This document shows positions 42,542 through 52,404 of a DNA stretch of 64,000 bases, piece after piece; position 1 is the first letter of the stretch; each line of letters begins with the position of its first letter. Below the pieces are notes generated by a model. That model saw only the letters and a program-made list of their open reading frames with translations, did not search any database and had not been told where the DNA came from. The stretch lies in NCBI GenBank assembly GCA_965261055.1, contig OZ253440.1, positions 753,639 through 817,638 on the forward strand, written 5' to 3'. The translations under genes were made by a program, and so were the position numbers. Source of the stretch: Fibrobacteria bacterium (lineage in GTDB: Bacteria > Fibrobacterota > Fibrobacteria > UBA11236 > JADFYW01).

Positions 42542-43972
42542 ATGCAAAAGAAACCTGTCCTAAAATTTGATTACATACAAAAAAAAACAACAGAGTTTTC
42601 CGTAGGACATAGTTTAGATTTTTTTGCTCTTTTCGCCTATATCAAAACTCAATTCGAAAATTGTTATTTATTTGAATCGTTATCCCATCCTCGCCATCAA
42701 GATCGGTTTCATACAATTGGTTTTTCTCCTGCGGCTATTCTATACGCAAAATCTTCTTCTCTCACAATAGAAGGAAAGCAAAATATTATAGAAAAAATTA
42801 CAAACCAGCCAAAAGAAACAGTTATCTATAATAATATCAATCCTTATGACCTTTTAAAAGACAGTACCTGCTTCCAGTCGTCTAGTAATAATCACCAAGG
42901 TGGTTTAATAGGTTATCTTTGTCATGAAACTGTTAATTATTTTGAATCTAAAATAAATTTAAAAGAACATTCCGATTTTAGCACTTTTAAGTTTGGGTTT
43001 TATACAGATGGTCTAACCTATGACACATTAACAGAAACTTTGTCTTATTATACTTTTGACGATAACCGTCTCAATCTCATCACTAAAATTTTAGCTTTAT
43101 TTCAAAATTTTAAAATCCCAAAAAAACTCAAATCTGTTGAATTTCTAGGACAAAATTCTTCCAAAGAACAATTTTGTAAATCTGCCAAGAATACTCAAAA
43201 TAAAATAAAAGAAGGCTACTCCTTTCAAGCTGAAGTTGGTCTTAAATCTTATTATAATATTAAAGGTGACAAAATTTCTATTTACAACAAACTAAGGAAA
43301 ATCAATCCAGGTCCTTATATGTTTTATTTAAAATTTGGTTCTGAAGAACTTTTAGGTTCTAGTCCTGAAATTTTAGCAAGTCACAACCAAGGAATGGTTT
43401 TAACAACACCAACTGCAGGAACAATTTCCCGTGGAAAAACCAAAAATGAAGATATTATTTTAGCACGTAAATTATTAAATGATTCTAAAGAAATATCTGA
43501 ACACAATATGCTAGTTGATTTACACCGTAATGATTTAGCTCGTGTTTGTATAGCAGGAACTGTTAAAGTTAGTGATCTAATGTATATCATTAAATTTAGC
43601 CATGTGCAACATATAGTCTCCAATATTATTGGGAAACTTAAAAAAAATAGAACTTCGTTTGATCTATTAAAATCTCTAATGCCTGGTGGCGTTGTTACTG
43701 GTGCTCCAAAAATAGAAACAATTAAAATTATTGATAACAATGAGCAAGAGCCACGTGGACCTTATGGAGGTGCTGTAGGAAGGTTTACCTTAAATGGGGA
43801 TTGTGATTTTTGTTTACCTATACGCAGTCTATTTTGTAAAGACGATAAATGTTTTGCACAAACATCAGCTGGTATTGTTTATGATTCAATTCCTGAAAAA
43901 GAGTATACAGAAATCAATCACAAATTGGCAGCTATGCACCAAACCTTAACAGAGCTTAGTCAAGAGATTTAA
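42542..43972 (+). CDS. anthranilate/aminodeoxychorismate synthase component I (chorismate-binding enzyme)
   Basis: The C-terminal chorismate-binding signature is present: GGAVGRF, PGGVVTGAPK. Confidence 0.8.
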   Translation: MQKKPVLKFDYIQKKTTEFSVGHSLDFFALFAYIKTQFENCYLFESLSHPRHQDRFHTIGFSPAAILYAKSSSLTIEGKQNIIEKITNQPKETVIYNNINPYDLLKDSTCFQSSSNNHQGGLIGYLCHETVNYFESKINLKEHSDFSTFKFGFYTDGLTYDTLTETLSYYTFDDNRLNLITKILALFQNFKIPKKLKSVEFLGQNSSKEQFCKSAKNTQNKIKEGYSFQAEVGLKSYYNIKGDKISIYNKLRKINPGPYMFYLKFGSEELLGSSPEILASHNQGMVLTTPTAGTISRGKTKNEDIILARKLLNDSKEISEHNMLVDLHRNDLARVCIAGTVKVSDLMYIIKFSHVQHIVSNIIGKLKKNRTSFDLLKSLMPGGVVTGAPKIETIKIIDNNEQEPRGPYGGAVGRFTLNGDCDFCLPIRSLFCKDDKCFAQTSAGIVYDSIPEKEYTEINHKLAAMHQTLTELSQEI

Positions 43973-44611
43973 ATGCAAAAAAAATCTATCTTGCTAATTG
44001 ATAACTATGATTCTTTTACTTTTAACTTGGAACACCTAATAGAAGAAACAGAGCAAGTTAAGCTCACTGTTAAACGAAATGACGAAGATTTTTTATCTGA
44101 TCTCAAAAAAGACTTATACGATGGTGTTGTCATAGGTCCTGGACCTGGTTCTCCTGAAGATAAAAATTACTTTGGACACAACAACACTGTTATCTTAGAA
44201 TATGGAACTAAAGGGCTACCTATTTTAGGAGTTTGTCTTGGTTTCCAAGGAATTTACCAAGCTTTTGGCGGTTCTCTTAAAGTGGCTACTTTACCAATGC
44301 ATGGAAAAACAAGCCTTCTTGATATCAAAGAAGAAGGTACTATTTTAAAGAATATTTCCAATCAAATCAAAGTGATGCGGTATCATTCCATCATTACAGA
44401 TTTAGGAGAACCAATTCCCGATTGTTTCTTACTCAATGCATATACAAGCTCTCCTCAAGAATCTATTGATGTCAACGGCAAAGAACTTATGTCTATTGAA
44501 CATAAACAATACCCTATCTTTGGCGTTCAATTTCATCCCGAATCTTTTGCCACTGAATTTGGTAAAAAAATGATTGAAAACTTTTTAGATGTGCTTATTA
44601 GAAAAACCTAA
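43973..44611 (+). CDS. anthranilate/aminodeoxychorismate synthase component II (class I glutamine amidotransferase)
   Basis: GVCLGFQ holds the catalytic Cys, and GVQFHPE the catalytic His. It starts 1 nt after the component I stop. Confidence 0.8.
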   Translation: MQKKSILLIDNYDSFTFNLEHLIEETEQVKLTVKRNDEDFLSDLKKDLYDGVVIGPGPGSPEDKNYFGHNNTVILEYGTKGLPILGVCLGFQGIYQAFGGSLKVATLPMHGKTSLLDIKEEGTILKNISNQIKVMRYHSIITDLGEPIPDCFLLNAYTSSPQESIDVNGKELMSIEHKQYPIFGVQFHPESFATEFGKKMIENFLDVLIRKT

Positions 44612-45036
44612 TTTATACAAATAAAAAGGATTAGCCATTTTGCTAAGTCTTTTTTAAATATCAAACTAATACCTGAACAAGCTTATTTATATAACTTCTA
44701 ATTACAATAAATTTCAATCGTTCTAGGTGAGTAGAAATACTAGGTAACAACCCTAACGAAAAAATTTAGAAAAGTCAGTCTATCTTTGATTTTCACCACA
44801 TTAGAGACACCTAGACAATAGTATGTTGCGTCTACTTCATTTTCTATAGACACAATACCAGCAAAAAACGAGTGAGTCCATAAAATTTTAGCTGGAAGTT
44901 TTCCGATCACTATATTTTTAGGTGGATTAACATACACAACAGAACGTGTACAGTTCCATAAAAACATGATCCCAAATATGATTACTACTTTACTTACTAT
45001 ACTTTTACTAAAAAACTAAAAAATTTCATAATTTTT

Positions 45037-45082
45037 TCCTGTTTTTCCTGTTATTGTTATCCTGTTTTTCCTGTTATTGTTA
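45037..45082. repeat. perfect 23-bp tandem duplication (tcctgtttttcctgttattgtta x2)
   Basis: It is seen directly, 50 nt 3' of the lipoprotein gene 45132..46007. The unit itself contains cctgtt x2. Confidence 0.8.
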
Positions 45083-45131
45083 ATTAAGAACTACTGCTAC
45101 TTCCGCTATGTAATTATAGAATTATCAACAC

Positions 45132-46007
45132 TCAGATCACACTACTTACTACTACATCTACTACCGCTGTGTAACGACCGTTTGCTGTTGATACTCTGAT
45201 TGTTGTTGTTCCCACTGATTCTCCTGTTATTTCACCAGAAGATGATACTGTAGCTACGAATGAATTAAAACTGAACCATCTTACTGCCTTGTTAGTCGCA
45301 TCAGCTGGGAATACTGTAGTTACTGCTCTTACTGTCTCTCCCACTGGTAGGGATATTGTATGTCGCATCATATTTGCTGCAGAATTATCAATACTCACAC
45401 CACCTACACTATCAATGCTCACACCACTTACGCCTATCGTTACTGTTACGACTACTTCCACTGTTGCCATTCCGTCCGTTGTCGTTACTGTGATCGTTGC
45501 TATCCCTACTGATTCTCCCGTTATTTCACCAGAAGATGATACCGTCGCTATTGCATCAGAACTACTTGACCATGTCACTGCCTTGTTAGTTGCATCAGCT
45601 GGGAATACTGTAACTACTACTCTTGATGTTTCTCTCACATCTAGACTTACTGTAGAACTATCAACACTCACACTAGTCACACTTATTGGTGTTACTGTTA
45701 CAAGCAATTTCGCTGTTGCCATCCCGTCCGTTATCGTTACTGTGATCGTTGCTATGCCTACTGATTCTCCTGTTATGACACCAGAAGATGATACCGTCGC
45801 TATTGCATCAGAACTACTTGACCATGTCACTGCCTTGTTCGCATCAGCTGGGAATATTAGTAGTGGTTTAAATAAGTCACCCTCTCTTATACTTTCTGCA
45901 GAAGACGTAAAAGTCACACCACTTACTACTGGTACCGGTGTTGTAACTACCTTTTCACAATTAAAGATGGTTAATGTCAATAATATAAATACAAATAATT
46001 TAATCAT
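45132..46007 (-). CDS. lipoprotein with three tandem Big_2 (bacterial Ig-like) domains
   Basis: The signal peptide is LTLTIFNCEK. Three near-identical units follow (KAVTWSSSSDAIATVSSSGVITGESVGIATITVT...). Confidence 0.7.
   Translation of the reverse strand: MIKLFVFILLTLTIFNCEKVVTTPVPVVSGVTFTSSAESIREGDLFKPLLIFPADANKAVTWSSSSDAIATVSSSGVITGESVGIATITVTITDGMATAKLLVTVTPISVTSVSVDSSTVSLDVRETSRVVVTVFPADATNKAVTWSSSSDAIATVSSSGEITGESVGIATITVTTTDGMATVEVVVTVTIGVSGVSIDSVGGVSIDNSAANMMRHTISLPVGETVRAVTTVFPADATNKAVRWFSFNSFVATVSSSGEITGESVGTTTIRVSTANGRYTAVVDVVVSSVI
45190..45900. repeat. intragenic tandem DNA repeats (about 250-280 bp units x3) encoding the Big_2 domains
   Basis: Units starting near 45216, 45497 and 45751 share long, nearly identical stretches (actgattctcc[c/t]gttat...ccagaagatgata[c]cgt[cg]gcta...). 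Confidence 0.6.
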
Positions 46008-46210
46008 AAAATTCCTTACTAATACATTTCTATAACGCTATTGAAAATGTAGAAAAATATTAAATTTTTAGTTACTTAAATTAGTTACATCGGCTATACT
46101 ATATAGTCTTTACATAATACATAATTTTCGTAACAATATTGTAAAGTTGCAACAATAATAATTTCACCATAACGATCTATTTTAATTATTTTAATTTCCC
46201 CAAAATTTAT

Positions 46211-46265
46211 TTTTCCAAAACCACTTATACTTTCTAAATCATCTGTACTTAAAGTAAATATTGAG
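46211..46265 (-). promoter_or_regulatory. conserved upstream element copy C (ttttccaaaaccacttatactttctaaatcatctgtacttaaagtaaat)
   Basis: It lies about 205 bp upstream of the lipoprotein gene start at 46007. The flanking 46107-46210 block is also shared with 35796-35866. Confidence 0.4.
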
Positions 46266-46383
46266 ACACTTCTAATAAGGTTTTATCTTAAAAAACTAAG
46301 CAAGGTGGATCATTTAATTTTTCAGCCAATTGTTTTCTAATTGCTTTTAATTTTCACAATAATGATTTCTTGTGTTCCAGTGT

Positions 46384-47949
46384 TTATTTATTATCAGATT
46401 CAAAAGTCTCTTCCTCAGGAGAAAATAAACTCACCGTTTCTTGTCCTTTTAAAACACTATCACTTTTTTCAGTTAACTTAAGAACAGGATATTCATCTTG
46501 CGTAAATTTCAATAAATTCAAATCTACCAAATTTTGAATATAACCTTTCCAATGTTCTATAGAGATATCCTGACCGACTCCAAAAGTTTTAATGTCTTTA
46601 TGCCAACTTTTAATTTTTTTAGAATGAGAACCTCTCAAAAAATTAATAACATAATTTAATCCAAACCTCTCCTTTAAGCGAAACACAGCTGAAAGAACTT
46701 TTTGAGCAATGATTGTTCCATCTATTTTTTTATCTATAGATAAACAAACATCACAAGATTGACAATCTCCTGAATGTTTCTCATCAAAGTATTCCATTAA
46801 ATATTGTCGACGGCATTTTTTAGAAGAAGCAAAATCAGCCATTTGATCTAATTTATCTAACATAATTTTAGATTGTCGCTTATTACCTTCAATTTCTACA
46901 AAACTTTTAAGCTTTCTAACATCCGCATAACTATAAAATAAAAGAACATTACTTTTTAAACCATCTCGACCTGCTCGACCTGTTTCTTGATAATACCCTT
47001 CAATATTTTTTGGTAGATCCATATGCACAACAAATCGAACATTTGATTTATCTATCCCCATTCCAAATGCAATGGTTGCCACTACTATTTTAACTTTATC
47101 ATGAATAAATTTATCCTGAGCCAAAGCTCTTTTTTTTGTGGTCATATCTCCATGATAAGAAATAGCTTCATAACCATCTTTAGATAACTTGTTTGCTAGA
47201 CTATCAGCTGAATTGCGAGATAAAGTATAAATAATACCTGTATCTTGCTGATGGTTGTTTAAAAATGATAATAATTTCTGATAGCTATTACTCTTTGGCT
47301 TCACAAAATACCATAAATTTTTTCGATTAAAAGAAGACAAAAATACTGTAGGGTCTTTTAATTTTAATTTGTCTAAAATATCTTTTTGAGTTAATTTATC
47401 GGCCGTTGCAGTTAAAGCAACAACGGGGACTTTTGGAAAGCCCTTCTTCAACCTAGACAGTTTAGAATACTCTGGCCTAAAATCATGCCCCCACTGAGAA
47501 ATACAGTGAGCTTCATCTATTGCAAACAAGCTTATGTTTAACTTTAATAAAAAATTAAGAAATTTTCCGTTATTATAAAAAAGACGTTCGGGAGAAACAT
47601 ATAAAATTTGCATTTCACCATACTCTAACTGTTGATAAATACCTTGCTGTTGTCGTAGCGTTTGAGTAGAATTCAAAAAACCAGCAACAATACCTCTTAA
47701 GATCAAAGAATCCACTTGATCTTTCATTAAAGAAATAAGAGGAGATATAACAACAGTAAGAGCCTTATTTACTAAAGCTGGTATTTGATAACATAAAGAT
47801 TTACCACCACCCGTTGGCATTAAAATAAGAGCATCTTGAGACTTGAGAATCGTGCTTATCGCTTTTTCTTGCTCCATTCTAAAAGAATCATAACCAAAAA
47901 CTTCTTGCAAAACTTGTAAAGGTGATTCATATCTTCTTTGATTTTTCAT
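46384..47949 (-). CDS. recQ: ATP-dependent DNA helicase RecQ (short form)
   Basis: Helicase motifs I (PTGGGKS), II (DEAH) and the RecQ C-terminal Zn-binding Cys cluster (CRRQ..CDVC) are present. Its start overlaps the pyrD stop (ATGA). Confidence 0.85.
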   Translation of the reverse strand: MKNQRRYESPLQVLQEVFGYDSFRMEQEKAISTILKSQDALILMPTGGGKSLCYQIPALVNKALTVVISPLISLMKDQVDSLILRGIVAGFLNSTQTLRQQQGIYQQLEYGEMQILYVSPERLFYNNGKFLNFLLKLNISLFAIDEAHCISQWGHDFRPEYSKLSRLKKGFPKVPVVALTATADKLTQKDILDKLKLKDPTVFLSSFNRKNLWYFVKPKSNSYQKLLSFLNNHQQDTGIIYTLSRNSADSLANKLSKDGYEAISYHGDMTTKKRALAQDKFIHDKVKIVVATIAFGMGIDKSNVRFVVHMDLPKNIEGYYQETGRAGRDGLKSNVLLFYSYADVRKLKSFVEIEGNKRQSKIMLDKLDQMADFASSKKCRRQYLMEYFDEKHSGDCQSCDVCLSIDKKIDGTIIAQKVLSAVFRLKERFGLNYVINFLRGSHSKKIKSWHKDIKTFGVGQDISIEHWKGYIQNLVDLNLLKFTQDEYPVLKLTEKSDSVLKGQETVSLFSPEEETFESDNK

Positions 47950-49025
47950 TTAGTTAAATCGTTTAACATACGCCCCACGGCATTCCATTGGTAAGCCAAA
48001 ACACTGTAACACTGGACAACATCTGCACCCGCATTTAATAATTCTTTTGCTTTTTCTCCAGAATCCATTCCGCCAACAGCAATAACACTTAGCTTGGGTT
48101 TGAATTTTTTAGAACGCTGAACTAATTTTAAAGTGTTTTGATACAAGACCTGTCCCGAAAGACCACCTTTACCACCTTGATTATTTAAAACTTTAATTTT
48201 TGTGAAAGGGGTTCTCATAGAAAATGGAACAGGTTCTATTAACGGGAAGGTATTAGCAAGAACAACTCCTGTTAAACCATATTTTTCAATCAAATCTAAA
48301 AAGTGTTCAAAAACAGATTCCTTCATATCTGGAGATAGCTTAATGAACACGGATTTACACTCTTTTTGGTTTATCCTTTCGTTTGCTATACTTTTTATTA
48401 ACTCCTCTGCAAAATCTAAATATTGGTCAATTCTTGCTGAACCTGTATTTGGACAACTTAAATTAAATTCAAAGTAATTCACAAAATTATAGGCTTGTTT
48501 AAAAATTGTCATCATTTCTTGTTTTGCATCTTCACCAATTTCAGAACCTGGATTTTTTGTAATACTTAAACCTATTTTAAGACTTTGACTTGATTTTTTT
48601 TTCTGTAAACTCTGATTTTTTAATCGTTCAAGAACTTTTAAAAGTCCATCATTTCCAAGTCCCATGGCATTTTGAATACTTTTATCTTCAGGGATTAAAG
48701 ACACTCTAGGACGGTGTGTATTTCCAATATGTGGTGTTAATGTAACCGATCCAACCGTAACACCGCCAAAACCCATATTAAAGAAACTCATAACACATTT
48801 AGCATTTTTACTAGCTCCTGCAGCTAAAAAAATAGGACTTTGCACTTTCCAAGGAATACTACCATCCCAAAAATCAATAAAACAAGGTTGTTGTTCATAA
48901 GCTTTTTTCGGAAAAAGGCAGTAACTCCAAGCCAGCCAATGCAAGCAACGATGTCTTAATTCAACTGAAAAAACCAAACATTTAAAAACTTTTAATAAAA
49001 TATCACCAAAGGTTATTTTCTGCAT
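47946..49025 (-). CDS. pyrD: dihydroorotate dehydrogenase (class 2-like)
   Basis: [17 protein letters not shown] and the C-terminal AGADVVQ are present. The start is set at the internal Met (MQKITFG) by alignment with family N-termini. The track start at 49079 would overlap pyrE head-to-head. Confidence 0.75.
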   Translation of the reverse strand: MQKITFGDILLKVFKCLVFSVELRHRCLHWLAWSYCLFPKKAYEQQPCFIDFWDGSIPWKVQSPIFLAAGASKNAKCVMSFFNMGFGGVTVGSVTLTPHIGNTHRPRVSLIPEDKSIQNAMGLGNDGLLKVLERLKNQSLQKKKSSQSLKIGLSITKNPGSEIGEDAKQEMMTIFKQAYNFVNYFEFNLSCPNTGSARIDQYLDFAEELIKSIANERINQKECKSVFIKLSPDMKESVFEHFLDLIEKYGLTGVVLANTFPLIEPVPFSMRTPFTKIKVLNNQGGKGGLSGQVLYQNTLKLVQRSKKFKPKLSVIAVGGMDSGEKAKELLNAGADVVQCYSVLAYQWNAVGRMLNDLTK

Positions 49026-49070
49026 AAAATAATTCTTACTTTTTAATTCTAATTCAAAATATAGTTTATC

Positions 49071-49748
49071 ATGACTCATCCATTTTCAAAAGAAGAGAAA
49101 AATCATTTTATCCAATTTATGATAGATAGTAAAGTCCTTTGTTTTGAAGATTTTGTTACGAAAAAAGGTCGAAATACCCCTTATTTTATCAATACGGGAT
49201 TGTACTGCACTACAATGCAAATGAAAACTCTAAGTGACTTTTATGCTAGGATGATTTATCATTACTTTAGAAAAGAAGTTACAAATTTGTTTGGTCCAGC
49301 ATATAAAGGCATACCTCTTGCAACAGCAACAGCAATTACATTACAACAAAAATATCAACTAAATTTAAGTATTACTTTTAATCGTAAAGAAGTAAAAAAT
49401 CATGGAGAAAGTGGTATTTTAATAGGAAATACTTATCTAGATCAACCTGAAAAAATAGTTATTATTGAAGATGTTGTTAGTGCAGGAACTTCTGTCAAAG
49501 AAACTTTACCTCTAATCCAGAAAAATAATAATACCATCTTAGGGTTAATCGTTAGCGTCGATCGACAAGAAAAAGGGGATTCAAACATATCCGCATTGAA
49601 CGAGTTAAAGAAAAAATATAACATGAAATGTTTCAGTATTGTAACAATTAAAGATATTATCTCTTTTTTAGAAGAACATCAAAAAGTCAGTACCCTTCAA
49701 CTTAAAAAGATAAAGCTTTACAGAAGTCAGTATGGTTCTAAATCTTAG
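49071..49748 (+). CDS. pyrE: orotate phosphoribosyltransferase
   Basis: The PRTase motif VIIEDVVSAGTS is present. It is 225 aa. Confidence 0.8.
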   Translation: MTHPFSKEEKNHFIQFMIDSKVLCFEDFVTKKGRNTPYFINTGLYCTTMQMKTLSDFYARMIYHYFRKEVTNLFGPAYKGIPLATATAITLQQKYQLNLSITFNRKEVKNHGESGILIGNTYLDQPEKIVIIEDVVSAGTSVKETLPLIQKNNNTILGLIVSVDRQEKGDSNISALNELKKKYNMKCFSIVTIKDIISFLEEHQKVSTLQLKKIKLYRSQYGSKS

Positions 49749-49789
49749 AACTAAGTGCACTGATCTCTTAAACTTTTAAATTAATTTTA

Positions 49790-50821
49790 CTAAACACCTA
49801 AAGTTTTTCCTGATGAATTTAAATCATCACAAACCTCTTCAATTCTTTTAGCCATCTCTATTTCCGCCAATTTCAAATAAGCTCTTGGATCATACACTTT
49901 TTTATTACCTACTTCTGATTCAATTTTTAGCACTCCGTCATAGTTCTTCATAATGTGATCAACAACAGGACGCGTAAAAGCATATTGAGTATCGGTATCA
50001 ACATTCATTTTGATAATTCCATATTTTAGCGACTCACTAATCTCAGATTTTGTAGATCCAGAACCACCATGAAAAACTAACCAGAAATAAGCATCTGATC
50101 CAAATTCTTTAGCAATTGCATCTTGACCATCTTTTAAAATAGAAGGTTTAAGTTTTACATTTCCTGGTTTATATACACCGTGAACATTTCCAAAAGTTGC
50201 AGCTAACATAAACTTTGCATTAGGAATACTTGTCAAAGCACGATAAGCTTTAAGCATGTCTTCTGGTGTCGTAAATAATTTTTCGCTAGCAACATCTGAA
50301 CTATCCACTCCATCTTCTTCGCCACCGACAACACCTAACTCTATTTCAAGTATAATTTCGTTTTTGACGCACTCTTTCAAAAGATCTACAGATATTTTTA
50401 AATTTTCTTTTAAAGGAAGCCCTCCCCCATCAAACATATGACTTTGAAATAAGTTAGAAGACCCCTCAGCACGACGACGAGCAGTCTCTGCGATAAGTGG
50501 TTTCAAAAAATCGTCAACACGGTCTGGTTGGCAATGATCTGTGTGTAGGGCGATATTAACTGAATAAGATTCCGCAACTAATCGGATATGATTCGCTAAA
50601 GAAATAGCTCCCGTCACACTGCAACCAACCGATTGACCAGAAGCATGTTTCCCTCCACCTATAGAAACTTGAATAATTCCATCGGACTTTGCATCTGCAA
50701 AAGCTTTTAATGTTGCATTAGCCGTCTCTATATTAGAGACATTAATCGCTGGATACGCAAATTTATTTTTATATGCATTATTAAGCATTTCAAGATATTT
50801 TTTATGGTCAACAACTGGCAT
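49790..50821 (-). CDS. fba: fructose-bisphosphate aldolase class II
   Basis: The N-terminus MPVVDHKKYLEMLNNAYKNKFAYPAINV and the His-rich zinc sites are typical of class IIA FBA. Confidence 0.85.
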   Translation of the reverse strand: MPVVDHKKYLEMLNNAYKNKFAYPAINVSNIETANATLKAFADAKSDGIIQVSIGGGKHASGQSVGCSVTGAISLANHIRLVAESYSVNIALHTDHCQPDRVDDFLKPLIAETARRRAEGSSNLFQSHMFDGGGLPLKENLKISVDLLKECVKNEIILEIELGVVGGEEDGVDSSDVASEKLFTTPEDMLKAYRALTSIPNAKFMLAATFGNVHGVYKPGNVKLKPSILKDGQDAIAKEFGSDAYFWLVFHGGSGSTKSEISESLKYGIIKMNVDTDTQYAFTRPVVDHIMKNYDGVLKIESEVGNKKVYDPRAYLKLAEIEMAKRIEEVCDDLNSSGKTLGV

Positions 50822-50900
50822 TATAAAACTCCCTCTGTATTACTAATGCTATCAAGTAATATAGTAGAAAATAGAGATATAGTTGTCTACATTTTGAAAT

Positions 50901-52001
50901 ATGAAGCTTCTCACAAATCTTTTAAAAAAATCTAAACTGGTCGTCATTAAAATAGGAACAAAAATATTAATGTCTCCTACAGGCAAAGTTTACAATAAAA
51001 ACTTTGAAACCTTAGCTAAACAAGTATCCCAAATTAGAGAAAAAAACTGTCCTGTTATCATTGTAACATCTGGTTCCGTTGGAATGGGAATGTCTATTTG
51101 GAACATATCGGAAAGACCTAATGCTCTGAACCAAAAGCAAGCCTGTGCTGCATTAGGTCAAGGTGAACTCATTCACCTATATTCTAAAACCTTTAAAAAG
51201 CATAAACAAAGAATTGCTCAAATTCTTATTTCTGATGATGATTTTAAAAATAAACAACGCTGTACTCATTTTAAAAACACTCTAACAACTCTCCTAAAAA
51301 AAGGAGTTATTCCTATCATTAACGAAAACGACACTATTTCTACTCAAGAAATAAAAGTAGGTGACAACGACAAACTTTCCGCTGATGTTAGCGTTTTCAT
51401 GGGTGCAGATTTACTAATCATGCTGTCTGATGAGAAGGGTTTCTATACAAAAAATCCTAAAAAATACTCTGATACTAAACTTATCTCAGTTGTTCCTGAA
51501 ATTACTCGTGAATTGGTATCACTTGCAAAAGGAGCTGGATCCTCAAATAGTGTTGGTGGAATGCGTTCAAAAATAAAGGCTATAAAACAAGCCAACCGAG
51601 GCAATATTTTAGTTGCTTTGATGAACTTAGGAAATAGTAATTTAACTGAACTTTTTAGCGGTCACAACTTTGGAACTCTGTTCTTGCCCTCAAAGAAGAA
51701 ATTAGGACAAAATAAAAAATGGCTTGGTTTAATTTCAAACTCAAAAGGTAAAATCATCATTGATGATGGAGCTGTTAACGCTTTACAAAAAAATAATTCT
51801 AGCTTACTTTTAGTTGGGGTTTTAAGTTTCAAAAGAGCTTTTAAAGCTAAGGATTTTGTTGATATAATCTCTATCAAAGGAGACTTCATCGCTCGTGGTC
51901 AAGTTTCATACTCTTCAAAAGAATTAAAATCTTTTTTATCATCCACTGTAAAGCCAAAATCAAAAACAGTTATCCATCGAGACTACTTAGTCATTTTTTA
52001 A
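50901..52001 (+). CDS. proB: glutamate 5-kinase (with PUA domain)
   Basis: An AAK-family N-terminus (LVVIKIGTKIL) and a C-terminal PUA-like domain are present. It is 366 aa. Confidence 0.85.
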   Translation: MKLLTNLLKKSKLVVIKIGTKILMSPTGKVYNKNFETLAKQVSQIREKNCPVIIVTSGSVGMGMSIWNISERPNALNQKQACAALGQGELIHLYSKTFKKHKQRIAQILISDDDFKNKQRCTHFKNTLTTLLKKGVIPIINENDTISTQEIKVGDNDKLSADVSVFMGADLLIMLSDEKGFYTKNPKKYSDTKLISVVPEITRELVSLAKGAGSSNSVGGMRSKIKAIKQANRGNILVALMNLGNSNLTELFSGHNFGTLFLPSKKKLGQNKKWLGLISNSKGKIIIDDGAVNALQKNNSSLLLVGVLSFKRAFKAKDFVDIISIKGDFIARGQVSYSSKELKSFLSSTVKPKSKTVIHRDYLVIF

Positions 52002-52404
52002 AAGAATGTTCCAAAAATATGTAAGAAAATAATTATTGAAAACTTGAAAGATTATTTGAATAGTCACTATTGCATTGACTTACGAATGAATCAACATCAT
52101 AACTACATAGAACAAATCCTCCAAAAATTGTTCTACAAACTTTCTATTACACCTTTCAGTACAAAACTGTATCTAACAGATGCTAAATCGTCCGTACAAG
52201 GGTTTATTCTATCTATCTTTTTAGCCTCTCACAATAAAAAACAATAATAGAGAAACAAAGCTATACAAAGTATAAAGTTTATATTTCTTAACTATATTCA
52301 CACACGCAACACAAAACTATATTCATACATATGCAACATGATTAATTTAGTTTAATTTGTATATAAAACTTATTTAAATCACAATTTTACTACATTTTAG
52401 ATTC

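Noticed and set aside
44612-44740. Possible terminator after trpG/pabA (aaaaaggattagccattttgctaagtctttttt)
   Set aside because: The stem has mismatches (ggattagc versus gctaagtc gives only 5-6 paired bases), so it is not convincing.
44740-44967. 75-aa minus-strand ORF
   Set aside because: It has no motifs and no start context. It lies in the spacer next to the 23-bp tandem repeat and is likely spurious.
45289-46035. Antisense ORF 45289..46035 opposite the three-Big_2 lipoprotein gene
   Set aside because: Same artefact as above: a stop-poor frame produced by repetitive T/V/S-rich coding sequence.
52044-52247. 67-aa ORF in the proB-proA spacer and the imperfect repeat tatattcacacacgcaacac / tatattcatacatatgcaacat
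   Set aside because: The ORF has no features. The repeat is short and imperfect. It is probably AT-rich spacer noise, though the 400-bp gap splitting proB and proA is itself a little unusual.
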